Assembly (NCBI GenBank): GCA_038326985.1
Contig: JBBQKQ010000002.1
Coordinates: 2,978 to 66,977 of the forward strand
DNA from: Minisyncoccia bacterium
GTDB lineage: Bacteria; Patescibacteriota; Minisyncoccia; Phycocordibacterales; UBA5272
Direction: 5' to 3'
Length of the DNA stretch: 64,000 nucleotides
A model generated the notes under the pieces. The model saw nothing but the letters and a program-made list of their open reading frames with translations, ran no database searches and was not told the DNA's origin. The position numbers and the translations under genes were made by a program. Positions 30,496-39,521 of the stretch are shown here, in pieces; positions within the stretch are counted from its first letter, which is position 1; each line of letters begins with the position of its first letter.

Positions 30496-30652
30496 TAGGG
30501 CTATCTGTAAAAAACTTTACTAAAATTTTTACAGGAGGCTTTATATAGATTCACCTGCCGCGCTTTCAAAAGAAATTTTGTTCGTACGAATATGGAAATT
30601 CTTGCGGTCTCCGCCCTTAAGTTAATCCTTAAGGTTTAAGCAGATAGCCCTA
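30496..30652. repeat. ~157 bp element bounded by 12 bp inverted repeats TAGGGCTATCTG / CAGATAGCCCTA. MITE-like or a structured RNA.
   Basis: Perfect 12 bp terminal inverted repeats. The interior has hairpins CTGTAAAAA/TTTTTACAG, palindromic TTCGTACGAA and CCTTAAG..CTTAAGG. It is GC-richer than the flanks and has no ORF. Confidence 0.3.
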
Positions 30653-30681
30653 AACAAAAAATGAAAACAACAATGAAGCAC

Positions 30682-31020
30682 TTGCTTCGTTTTTTGTTTG
30701 GGTGTAGAATTTTAGATGACCGACAAAACGGTCAGCGTTCAAAGGAAAAAAAAGATGGCAAAAAGCAAACGAGGAGCCGTAAAGGCATCCCGGAGGAGGA
30801 GGTGCCTTAGTGGTAATCCTGATTTGGTGGGGCAACATCACCAACTGCAAACAACCACGTTAGGTGGGGACTCGAGAGAGACTCCAAAAAGATATGACTA
30901 TGGGGGACGAACCTTTGTGTTTCCGGAAAGCACTTGGGAGTTGAATGATCTCAACTTCTAAGCTCAGTCTTCTTTGGGAAACGTTTGTGGGGCGCTGCAA
31001 AGCAGCGCCCCTTTTACTTT
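30682..31020 (+). other. Mini transcription unit 1: TTGCTT-N17-TAGAAT promoter, SD plus a 68 aa basic ORF (30755-30961), and a GC hairpin terminator (30988-31020). Possibly an sRNA.
   Basis: Promoter box TTTGGGTGTAGAAT shared with unit 2. AGGA Shine-Dalgarno 10 nt before the ATG. Terminator GGGGCGCTGCAAAGCAGCGCCCC + TTTTACTTTTT. About 45% GC in a ~30% GC genome. Confidence 0.35.
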
Positions 31021-31055
31021 TTAATTATCTTAAAAAATATATTTGAAAAAGACAT

Positions 31056-31336
31056 TTGCTTTGTTTAAAGTTTGGGTGTAGAATTTAAAAGCTGTCAACC
31101 TGTAAAAGAAGGAAAAATCATGACTAAAAAGAAACCTTCAGGTGCACATGGCGCAAAAGGGGCAAAGCTTAGACGTGCAGAAAGATGGCTGCGTCAGAAC
31201 TTTGCGAAGTTCTTTTTCAGAACTCCGCGGATGACTCAAGAAACACCTTCGGTGATCTTGCATCAAGCGACAGGTTAATCCCGTAGAGCCAAAAAGAGGT
31301 AGGGGCGTCACAAATCGACGCCCCTTTTACTTTTTA
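31056..31336 (+). other. Mini transcription unit 2, paralogous to unit 1: TTGCTT-N17-TAGAAT promoter, SD plus a 52 aa basic ORF (31120-31278), and a GC hairpin terminator (31302-31336)
   Basis: Same promoter box AGTTTGGGTGTAGAAT and the same terminator tail GCCCCTTTTACTTTTTAA as unit 1. The ORF starts MTKKKPSGAHGAKGAKLRRAERW. Confidence 0.35.
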
Positions 31337-31361
31337 AAATTTTTATTGTATTATATATTTT

Positions 31362-32684
31362 ATGATACTGAAAGATTTAGATAAATTTAAGCTTCCGGAC
31401 GAAAGTGGAGTTTATTTTTTTATGGGACCCCCCCTAACCCCCCCTTATACAGGGGGGGAAGAGAACATCCTTTACATTGGTAAAGCTACAAGTTTAAAAA
31501 GTAGAGTTAAAAGTTATTTTGATAATAATATTTTACATACCCGTGGTCTTCACATTGCAAACATGGTGAGCTTGGCCAAAAGTATTAAATTTGAAACTAC
31601 AAGAAGTGTTTTAGAAGCACTTCTGCTTGAGCAAGAGCTAATAAAAAAACATAAACCAAAATTCAACAGCGAAGCAAAAGATGATAAAAGTTTTTTTGTT
31701 TTGGTGATAACAAAAGAAGATTTTCCTAGAGTACTACTAGTAAGAAACAAAGATATAGACAAAGAAAATAACCTAGTTTTAAAAAGTAAATTACTTGGTA
31801 AGAAAGTAGAAAATAAAAAAGAAATTGTAAAAGTTGAAAAAACTTTCGGACCGTATTCAAGTGGGCAAAGTGCAAAAGATGCTTTAAAGCTTATTCGTAA
31901 AATTTTTCCATTTCGAGATAAATGTGATCTTTATGACAAGAAAAAATCTTGGCAAAAAAAAGCCTGTTTTTCATATTCTATAGGTCTGTGTCTAGGAACG
32001 TGTGCTGGAGTAATTTCTAAAACGAAATACCAAAACCATATTGAAAGACTAATAACTTTTTTAGAAGGGGATGGGGAAAAGGTGCGAAAAGATTTAGAAA
32101 AAGATATGCAAACTGCCAGTGACAAATTAGAATTTGAAGAAGCGCAAAGAATAAAAGAAATACTTTTTGCGCTCGAGCATATTCGAGATTCTCATCTTAT
32201 AAATCGTGATATAAAAGAAGAAAATAAAAGCACTCGTATAGAGGCTTTCGATATCGCACACATGTCTGGTCAAAACAGAGTCGGGGTAATGGTGGTTGTA
32301 CAAGGTGGAGTCCCTAATAAAAGCCAATACAAAAAGTTTAAAATCTCGAAAGATGAAAACGACGACTTAGAAGGATTAAAAGAGCTTTTTTTAAGAAGAA
32401 TAAAACACTTGGAATGGGGAATACCAGATGTAGTTATTGTTGACGGTGATGAAAGACATATAAATGTTGCAGAAAAAATTTTAATTGAAAACAACCTAGA
32501 TAAAACAGTAAAAGTTGTAGCAGTAACAAAAAACCGCCAACACAAAGCACAAAAAATAACAGGTGATAAAAAAATTGTGGAAGAGTTTCAAAGAGAAATA
32601 ACTTTAGCAAACAGCGAAGCCCATAGATTTGCAATAACTTATCATAAAAATTTACGCAAAAAAAGTTTTATACCTAAAAACTGA
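31362..32684 (+). CDS. uvrC: UvrC-like excinuclease, short 440 aa form: GIY-YIG, Cys-rich, UVR and RNase H-like start, but lacking the C-terminal Endo V-like and HhH2 domains
   Basis: GIY-YIG motifs GVYFFM...ILYIGKATSLKSRVKSYF. Cys cluster CDLYD..CFSYSIGLCLGTCAG. UVR motif EFEEAQRIKEILFALEHI. IEAFDIAHMSGQ motif. The ORF ends where the canonical C-terminal domains would follow. Carries in-frame repeat copy g inside the GIY-YIG motif. Confidence 0.6.
   Translation: MILKDLDKFKLPDESGVYFFMGPPLTPPYTGGEENILYIGKATSLKSRVKSYFDNNILHTRGLHIANMVSLAKSIKFETTRSVLEALLLEQELIKKHKPKFNSEAKDDKSFFVLVITKEDFPRVLLVRNKDIDKENNLVLKSKLLGKKVENKKEIVKVEKTFGPYSSGQSAKDALKLIRKIFPFRDKCDLYDKKKSWQKKACFSYSIGLCLGTCAGVISKTKYQNHIERLITFLEGDGEKVRKDLEKDMQTASDKLEFEEAQRIKEILFALEHIRDSHLINRDIKEENKSTRIEAFDIAHMSGQNRVGVMVVVQGGVPNKSQYKKFKISKDENDDLEGLKELFLRRIKHLEWGIPDVVIVDGDERHINVAEKILIENNLDKTVKVVAVTKNRQHKAQKITGDKKIVEEFQREITLANSEAHRFAITYHKNLRKKSFIPKN
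31426..31466 (+). repeat. Palindromic repeat subfamily-2 copy g, in-frame in the uvrC-like GIY-YIG motif
   Basis: GACCCCCCCCTAACCCCCCCTTATACAGGGGGGGAAGAGAAC, translated as GPPLTPPYTGGEEN, between GVYFFM and ILYIGKA. Confidence 0.8.
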
Positions 32685-32926
32685 AAATCTTTGTGGATAA
32701 CTTTTTACTTTACAAAATAAAAATTTATGGGGAAGTTTATATACTAAAAATATAGAGTTTTTGAGAAACAAATTACCACAGAATTCGCTTTGTAAATATT
32801 GTTATTTTAATATATTTGAATATACTGTTAATAACACCAAAAGAGTAACCTCCAAAAGTGTATGCGACATTATTAACCCGTTTTCCTGGCCAAGTTTTTT
32901 AGCTCAACTTTTTTTAAAATTAAAAT

Positions 32927-35900
32927 ATGATTAATCTTACAACCATTCGTAAAAGAAATGGCACTTTGGTGCCTTTTGACCAAAACAAAATTATCGATGT
33001 AATAACGAAAGCCTTTAAAAATGTAACTGGCAACGAACAAATGTTGGTTGCTGAAAATATTCGAGACCAGGTTGTTATAAAACTCGAGGAGCTCCACAAA
33101 GGTGAAGATGCTGGAGTACCATATGTTGAACAAGTTCAAGATGTTGTAGAGCAGGCAATAATGGAAGCGGGATATTTTGAGGTTGCAAAACATTTTATAC
33201 TTTATAGACACGAAAAAATAAAAGAAAGGGCTGAAGAAAAAGCAAAGGAAATAAAAAAAATAGAAGAAGGGAACGCAATGATAATAAATCGCAATGGAAA
33301 GCAGGAAAGATTTAATGAAGGAGTAATGCGTGGATTTGTAAAAAAAATGGTTGTAGGGTACGAAAATACAGTTTCAGTCGATGCTATAATGTCGCGTACA
33401 AAAATGGAAATTTATGATGGAATTTCTTCTACAGACCTAATGAAAGCGCTTATACTTTCTTGCCGAGGAATGATAGAAAATGACCCGGCCTACGCCTACG
33501 TAGCTGCAAAAATGATTCGCTATACAACTGTAAAAGAATTAGGGAGCAATGACAGTTTGACAGTAAATTACGAAAATTATACTGAAGAACTTGTAAATAA
33601 AACTTATATTGAAACTTTTGTAAAATGCACCGTTGAAGGAGTTCAGGATAAAATATACGACGCCAGACTTTTAACCTTTGATCTAGGAAAACTAGCGGCG
33701 GCAATTCGCCCAGAAAGAGATTTTTTATTCCAATACCTTGGAATGCAAACTTTGGTAGACCGATACCTTGTAAGAAATATTGAAAAAGGAAATAAAATAA
33801 TTGAACTTCCTCAGACGTTTTGGATGCGTGTTGCAATGGGTCTAGCAATATTGGAGACTGATAAAAACGAAAAAGCCATAGAGTTTTATAATATGATGTC
33901 GACTCTACGAGTAATTCCGTCTACTCCCACACTTTTTCAATCAGGTACTTCTTATCCTCAGCTATCGTCTTGTTATTTAAACACTATTGACGATACTTTG
34001 GAAAGTTTAGCAAAAGTTACTTACACAGATAATGCCCAACTTTCAAAATACTCTGGAGGTATTGCTACCGACTGGTCATACATTCGATCAAGTGGTGCTA
34101 TTGTTAAGAAAACTCGTATAGAAAGTACGGGAATTATTCCATTTTTAAAAATTGCGAACGACGTAACTTTAGCGATTAATAGATCTGGACGTCGCCGTGG
34201 TGCAACTTGTGCTTATCTAGAAACTTGGCATTACGATATAGAAGAATTTTTAGATCTTAGAAAAAATACTGGCGATGAGCGCAGACGTACTCACGATATG
34301 AACACTGCCAACTGGATCCCAGACTTGTTTATGCAAAGAGTTAGAGAAGATGCTGAATGGACATTATTTTCCCCTGATGAAGCTAAAGAACTTCATGATA
34401 CTTATGGGCAAAATTTTAAAAGACATTATGAAAATTATGAATCTAAAACAAAAACTGGAGAGATAAGAATTTTCAAAACCGTAAAAGCTAAAGATCTTTA
34501 TAAAAAAATGATTATGATGATTTTTGAAACGGGCCATCCTTGGTTTACTTTCAAAGATGTTTGTAATATTCGCTCACCACAAGACCATGTTGGTATGATC
34601 CACAACTCTAACCTCTGTACTGAAATAACCCTTAATAATAGTTTCGAAGAAACTGCTGTTTGTAACTTAGCATCTCTTAACTTGCCCCGACACTTTGTTG
34701 ACCATGGTGGTGGTAAGAAAATGGATCTGGAAATGCTCAAAGATACTATCGGTACTGCAATGCGCATGCTAGATAATGTAATTGATATCAATCTTTACCC
34801 TACGATAGAAGGTAAAACCAGTAATTTGAAGCACAGGCCAATTGGTTTAGGTATAATGGGTTTTCATGATGCCTTATATGAACTTGGGCTTAATTATGAT
34901 TCGGCTGAAGCATTAAAATTTGCAGACGAAAATCAAGAATTTATTTCCTATTATGCGATACTTGCATCAACAGAACTTGCAAAAGAGCGTGGTGCATATT
35001 CTACATTTCCAGGGTCAAAATGGGATCGCGGAATATTGCCAGTAGATACAATTTCTCTTTTAGAGCAAGAAAGAAATAGTAAGATTCCAGTTTCTAAAAC
35101 AGGAAAAATGGATTGGGGACCGGTTAGAAATTCTATAAAAATGTATGGAATGAGAAATAGTAACACTATGGCAATAGCACCAACCGCTACAATTTCTAAT
35201 ATTGCCGGCAGTAGTCCGTGCATCGAGGCTTATTATAAAAACATTTACGTGAAAAGTAATATGTCTGGTGAGTTTACAATGATCAATTATTATTTAGTTT
35301 CCGATTTGAAGGAAATTGGTATGTGGAATGATGAAATGCTAAACGAAATTAAACAAGCGGAAGGTTCTGTTCAAGATATCATGCGGATTCCTGCGGAGCT
35401 CCGAGCTAAGTATAAAGAAACTTTTGAAATAGACTCTAAAGTATTTATAAATCTCGCTGCATTTAGAGGTAAATGGATTGACCAATCTCAGTCGCTTAAC
35501 CTTTTTTACAAGGGAACAAGTGGAAAAGACATTGGAGATATGTATATGTACGCATGGGATATGGGACTAAAAACAACTTATTATTTGCGAACTCTGGCAG
35601 CATCAGGTATAGAAAAGGCAACCGTATCTATCTCTAAAGCCCCCGAAAAAGCACCCAACGTCATCGTAGGGGGTGCAGGACCCACACTTACACCGCAAGC
35701 AACTCCCTCTACCTACGCTTCATACAATACTCCAATACCTGAACCCCCTTTTGTTGCAGCTGAGTCAGAAACAGTAAAACCAGAAGTAAATTATCTTACT
35801 CAGTTTGCCCCGGTAAATACTTATAAAGAAATAGACACACAGGCTCTTATAAATAATGCACTGAGTAAAATAAAAGCCAATACCGAAGCAAAAGCAGAAA

Positions 35901-36001
35901 GTATGAACAATTCTTATGTCACAAATGGATCTGTAAAAATAAATGGTGTAGATACTAAACTTTGTCGCATTCTCGACCCCGATTGCGAAGCATGCCAATA
36001 A
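32927..36001 (+). CDS. nrdA: Ribonucleoside-diphosphate reductase alpha subunit with N-terminal ATP cones
   Basis: ATP-cone start TIRKRNGTLVPFDQNKII, the RNR large-subunit catalytic core (NLCTEI, Cys-containing active site regions), a C-terminal tail with a CEAC pair, and nrdB immediately downstream. Confidence 0.8.
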   Translation: MINLTTIRKRNGTLVPFDQNKIIDVITKAFKNVTGNEQMLVAENIRDQVVIKLEELHKGEDAGVPYVEQVQDVVEQAIMEAGYFEVAKHFILYRHEKIKERAEEKAKEIKKIEEGNAMIINRNGKQERFNEGVMRGFVKKMVVGYENTVSVDAIMSRTKMEIYDGISSTDLMKALILSCRGMIENDPAYAYVAAKMIRYTTVKELGSNDSLTVNYENYTEELVNKTYIETFVKCTVEGVQDKIYDARLLTFDLGKLAAAIRPERDFLFQYLGMQTLVDRYLVRNIEKGNKIIELPQTFWMRVAMGLAILETDKNEKAIEFYNMMSTLRVIPSTPTLFQSGTSYPQLSSCYLNTIDDTLESLAKVTYTDNAQLSKYSGGIATDWSYIRSSGAIVKKTRIESTGIIPFLKIANDVTLAINRSGRRRGATCAYLETWHYDIEEFLDLRKNTGDERRRTHDMNTANWIPDLFMQRVREDAEWTLFSPDEAKELHDTYGQNFKRHYENYESKTKTGEIRIFKTVKAKDLYKKMIMMIFETGHPWFTFKDVCNIRSPQDHVGMIHNSNLCTEITLNNSFEETAVCNLASLNLPRHFVDHGGGKKMDLEMLKDTIGTAMRMLDNVIDINLYPTIEGKTSNLKHRPIGLGIMGFHDALYELGLNYDSAEALKFADENQEFISYYAILASTELAKERGAYSTFPGSKWDRGILPVDTISLLEQERNSKIPVSKTGKMDWGPVRNSIKMYGMRNSNTMAIAPTATISNIAGSSPCIEAYYKNIYVKSNMSGEFTMINYYLVSDLKEIGMWNDEMLNEIKQAEGSVQDIMRIPAELRAKYKETFEIDSKVFINLAAFRGKWIDQSQSLNLFYKGTSGKDIGDMYMYAWDMGLKTTYYLRTLAASGIEKATVSISKAPEKAPNVIVGGAGPTLTPQATPSTYASYNTPIPEPPFVAAESETVKPEVNYLTQFAPVNTYKEIDTQALINNALSKIKANTEAKAESMNNSYVTNGSVKINGVDTKLCRILDPDCEACQ

Positions 36002-36169
36002 AAGCTGTAATAAATATTAAAACGATACGGCATTCTATTGTGGATAAGTTAGTTGCAAAAAATATACAAAGACTTATACTTATCACACAAAAAACAATTT
36101 ATTATCAGCAGAGTTTCAGATTTTTCTCGTCTAAAAATCTCAAAAATTATAAAAAATAAATAAAAATAT

Positions 36170-37180
36170 ATGAATAAATCAGGAATATTGAACAACAACA
36201 CTCACGATCCAAATAAAATTCTTCCTATGCGCTACAAATGGGCGCGTACACACTATAAGAATGGTGTTAATAATAACTGGACCGCAGAAGAAGTGCCCAT
36301 GATGAATGACGTAGAGCTTTGGAAAAAAGCAGAAGCATTAGGTGGTCTAACTCCTGATGAGCGAAGAATGATACTTTGGAATTTAGGATTTTTCTCTACG
36401 GCAGAGTCACTGACAGCCAACAATATTGTACTGACCGTGTATAAACATGTTACAAACCCTGAGTGTAGACAATATCTTTTAAGACAAGCTTTTGAAGAAT
36501 CAATTCACACTGATATGTTCATTTACTGCTGTGATTCATTAGGCCTTAACCCTGACGAAATATATAAAATGTATGAGACTATTCCCTCAATCAAAGCAAA
36601 AGATGATTTTGTTATTGAAATGACAAAAAGTATAATGGATCCAAATTTTAAAACTGACACAGTTGCAAATATTCAAAGGTTTGCACATGATCTAGTAGGC
36701 TATTATGTAATTATGGAAGGAATGTTTTTCTACGCTGGATTTGCGATGATGCTAAACCTAATGCGTCACCAAAAAATGGTAGGAGTAGGGGAACAATTCC
36801 AATATACTTTACGTGATGAGACAGTACACTTAGCATTTGGAGCAGATCTAATCAATACAATCATTTCTGAAAATCCAGAAATTTGGACTCCCGAGTTTAA
36901 AGCAGAATTAACTTCTAAAATAATGCAGGCAGTAGATCTTGAAAGTGCTTACGCAGCTGATGCTTTGCCAAAAGGAATTCTCGGTATGAATAAAGAAATA
37001 GTTCGACAGTATTTGGAATATGTTGCTGACAGAAGGTTAGAGAGAATTGGGCTTTCAGCACAATACAACACTCCAAATCCATTTCCTTGGATGTCGGAAA
37101 TAATGGATTTAAAAAAAGAAAAGAATTTTTTCGAAACTCGCGTTACCGAGTATCAACAATCGGGGGCACTGGAGTGGTAA
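36170..37180 (+). CDS. nrdB: Ribonucleoside-diphosphate reductase beta subunit, ferritin-like di-iron
   Basis: EESIHTDMF and MEGMFFYAGFAMM...ETVHLAFG iron-ligand motifs. Conserved Tyr radical region. Confidence 0.85.
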   Translation: MNKSGILNNNTHDPNKILPMRYKWARTHYKNGVNNNWTAEEVPMMNDVELWKKAEALGGLTPDERRMILWNLGFFSTAESLTANNIVLTVYKHVTNPECRQYLLRQAFEESIHTDMFIYCCDSLGLNPDEIYKMYETIPSIKAKDDFVIEMTKSIMDPNFKTDTVANIQRFAHDLVGYYVIMEGMFFYAGFAMMLNLMRHQKMVGVGEQFQYTLRDETVHLAFGADLINTIISENPEIWTPEFKAELTSKIMQAVDLESAYAADALPKGILGMNKEIVRQYLEYVADRRLERIGLSAQYNTPNPFPWMSEIMDLKKEKNFFETRVTEYQQSGALEW

Positions 37181-37217
37181 GTAATATTTAGCTAAAGCTA
37201 GAAATAAAATTATCATC

Positions 37218-37703
37218 ATGTCAAAAGAAGAAAAATTAGAATTTACACAAATGGTTCGAGATTCAATCAGAGTTGATTTGAAAGATGAGCATAATTATTT
37301 TGATTTGAAATTTAAAGAGGAGAGTGAAAAGAATGATGGAAGATTTAAAATCGAAAGTGAAAAAACCGATTATAGATTTAAGCTAGAAAGTGAAAAGAAT
37401 GATGAAAGATTTAGAATCGAAAGTGAAAGGAGTGATGATAGACTTATAGAATTTTCTAGGAATATGGTTGAGGCCGTTGATCTTCGTGTAAAAAACGCAA
37501 TAAAAGAAAATAATGAATTTATTCTCAGTGGCATGCAAAACCTGCTTGTTGATTTTAGAGAAGCAATTAAAGATGATAACCGTTCTACAAAAAGAAAAGT
37601 AGATGAAATGGCAAGTGTTTCTGAAAAAGTAAGCTGGTTGGAAGGTATGGTAAATAATACAATAATGCCAAAGATAAATTGGCTGTATTCTAAGGTTTCT
37701 TAA
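37218..37703 (+). CDS. Hypothetical coiled-coil protein containing four tandem 13 aa repeats (ESEKNDxRFKI)
   Basis: Tandem 39 bp DNA repeats at 37317-37446: GAAAGTGAAAAGAATGATGAAAGATTTAGAATC x4, with variants. Confidence 0.4.
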   Translation: MSKEEKLEFTQMVRDSIRVDLKDEHNYFDLKFKEESEKNDGRFKIESEKTDYRFKLESEKNDERFRIESERSDDRLIEFSRNMVEAVDLRVKNAIKENNEFILSGMQNLLVDFREAIKDDNRSTKRKVDEMASVSEKVSWLEGMVNNTIMPKINWLYSKVS

Positions 37704-37741
37704 TTTTTTCCAATTAATTAAATAAATGCCAAACCATAAAT

Positions 37742-38398
37742 ATGTACAAAAAAGAGCTTACTGAGGAGTACATTTTATCGGAAATTAAAAAACTAAGATA
37801 TACATATGGACTCAATAAAGTTATAAGATATAACCAAGCGAGAGATGAAAAATATCAAACTCAGTCTGTAGCAGAGCATATAGCAAATATGATTTTTCTG
37901 GCATTTTATTTCAAAAAATATGAAGATCCTGAAAACAAACTTAATTTTGGCAAAGTAATTAAAATTATCCTCATGCATGACATGGGAGAAATTGAAACAG
38001 GCGATGTAATTGCAGTATCAAAAAATATTCAAGATGCGGAAGCAGAAAAACTTGCTATACAAAAAGTTAAAATTAATTCTCCAGATTTTGTTGCAGAAGA
38101 AATAGAAAATTTATTTGAAGAATATAAAAATACAAATACTCCAGAGGGCCAATATGCAAAAGCAATAGATAGATTTGAGGGACAACTTTTTTGGATTGAC
38201 AGAGAAGGTGTGGAAATGTGTAAAGACGTTTGCACAAACGCAGGACTAGATATAAACATTACTCAAGTAAAACTCATTAAAGACATATTTGAATTATTAG
38301 ACAGATTTGGTTTTAAAACTATTGCAAAGTTTCTTGAAGTAGTAAATACAGAAAAATACAAATATGGAATATTTAAGGAAGATTTAAATACTTTATGA
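37742..38398 (+). CDS. HD-domain phosphohydrolase, YfbR-like 5'-deoxynucleotidase family
   Basis: H..H...ILMHDMGEIETGD...D metal-binding pattern, about 200 aa. Confidence 0.65.
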   Translation: MYKKELTEEYILSEIKKLRYTYGLNKVIRYNQARDEKYQTQSVAEHIANMIFLAFYFKKYEDPENKLNFGKVIKIILMHDMGEIETGDVIAVSKNIQDAEAEKLAIQKVKINSPDFVAEEIENLFEEYKNTNTPEGQYAKAIDRFEGQLFWIDREGVEMCKDVCTNAGLDINITQVKLIKDIFELLDRFGFKTIAKFLEVVNTEKYKYGIFKEDLNTL

Positions 38399-38925
38399 GT
38401 CACCAAAATTTAAAGTTAATGTCTTTAATATTTTTTACAAAATTTACCGATGGTAGAAAATATATTTTAATGGGAAAATATTCAAATGATAAAAGATTAG
38501 AAGGTTTTAGGAATGGTTATGGTGGAAAGTGTAAAGTAGGAGAAAATACTTTAGAATGTGCAAGGCGTGAAGTGGAAGAAGAATTTGGAGTAATATTTGA
38601 TAAAGAAAAATTTATTAAAGTTGGGAAACTATTTGACCAAGAAATTCAAGTTGATATTTTTATTATAGTTAGTGGAGGAGATTTTGTTATCCCGGCCAAC
38701 AATTCTGAATTTGAAGATGTGAGATGGTTTGATATTGAAAAATCCGAAGTGTTTTTGAATGAAATGCTAAATGGTGATAATGAAATTATTCCAAAACTTA
38801 GTGAGGCTTTGGAGCAAATAAAAAATAATGTTGAAATGGTAAAAGAATTTGAAGTTGAATTGTCATCGAACACACAAGAAGAAAAAAAAGAAAGAGAGAA
38901 AATAAAAAACAAAATATTTAAATAA
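38395..38925 (+). CDS. Nudix hydrolase
   Basis: Nudix box GYGGKCKVGENTLECARREVEEEFGV (Gx5Ex7REUxEExGU). Confidence 0.7.
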   Translation: MSHQNLKLMSLIFFTKFTDGRKYILMGKYSNDKRLEGFRNGYGGKCKVGENTLECARREVEEEFGVIFDKEKFIKVGKLFDQEIQVDIFIIVSGGDFVIPANNSEFEDVRWFDIEKSEVFLNEMLNGDNEIIPKLSEALEQIKNNVEMVKEFEVELSSNTQEEKKEREKIKNKIFK

Positions 38926-38930
38926 ATTTT

Positions 38931-39497
38931 ATGAAAGTAATAGGAATATGTGGAACCAATGGAAGTGGAAAAGGAACAGTGGTAGATATATTAGAAAAGT
39001 ATTTCACTCTAACCCATATCAGTGCTCGAGAAATGATAATAGAGGCTGCTAAAAATGAAGGAGTAAAAATAGAATCAAGAGACGACTTCAGAGAATACAA
39101 CGAACAAAGGAATAAAGAAGGCAAGACCTTGGTAAATGAAATAAAAAATAAATTTAAAAAAAGTGAAAATGAAAATAGAATATTTGTTTTTGAATCAATT
39201 AGAAGAGTGGGGGAAATAAAAGAATTTAGAGAAGATTTTAAGAATAATTTTTTACTTGTTTCTGTATATGCACCAGTAGAAATTCGGTATCACCGAATAC
39301 TGAAAAGAGCAAGCATCGCTGACTCTGTTGATTTTTCAAAGTTTGTTGAACAAGAAAAGTTGGAAAGTATAAATGAAGACGAAAATCAGATGAATATTAC
39401 AAAATGTATTCTTATGTCGGACATTCATCTTGTGAACGATGGTGATTTAGCAAAATTTGAAGAGGAAGTAAAAAACAAATTATTACCTGTGATATAA
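38931..39497 (+). CDS. P-loop nucleotide/nucleoside kinase family protein
   Basis: Walker A IGICGTNGSGKGTV at the N-terminus, ~190 aa, clustered with HD and Nudix genes downstream of nrdAB. Confidence 0.5.
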   Translation: MKVIGICGTNGSGKGTVVDILEKYFTLTHISAREMIIEAAKNEGVKIESRDDFREYNEQRNKEGKTLVNEIKNKFKKSENENRIFVFESIRRVGEIKEFREDFKNNFLLVSVYAPVEIRYHRILKRASIADSVDFSKFVEQEKLESINEDENQMNITKCILMSDIHLVNDGDLAKFEEEVKNKLLPVI

Positions 39498-39521
39498 TAT
39501 AAAAATAAGCAAAATAAAAAT

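Noticed and set aside
30496-31336. tmRNA, RNase P RNA or SRP RNA identity for the GC-rich units downstream of clpB
   Set aside because: No tRNA-like 5' GGGG / 3' ...TCCACCA ends (tmRNA). No AGGAAAGUCCGGGC or ACAGAACCCGGCUUA blocks (RNase P). No GGAA-tetraloop AGGUCCGGAAGGAAGCAGC motif (SRP). Only a weak TTCCGGAAAGCAC resemblance.
35640-35760. Pro/Thr-rich nrdA C-terminal linker (GGAGPTLTPQATPSTYASY) as another repeat-element insertion
   Set aside because: The nucleotide sequence there is not palindromic and lacks the family head and tail motifs. It is probably a natural flexible linker before the C-terminal CxxC tail.
35962-36159. ORF 35962-36159 overlapping the end of nrdA
   Set aside because: It overlaps the nrdA C-terminal tail out of frame, then runs into the AT-rich nrdA-nrdB spacer. 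There is no RBS, and the composition looks noncoding.
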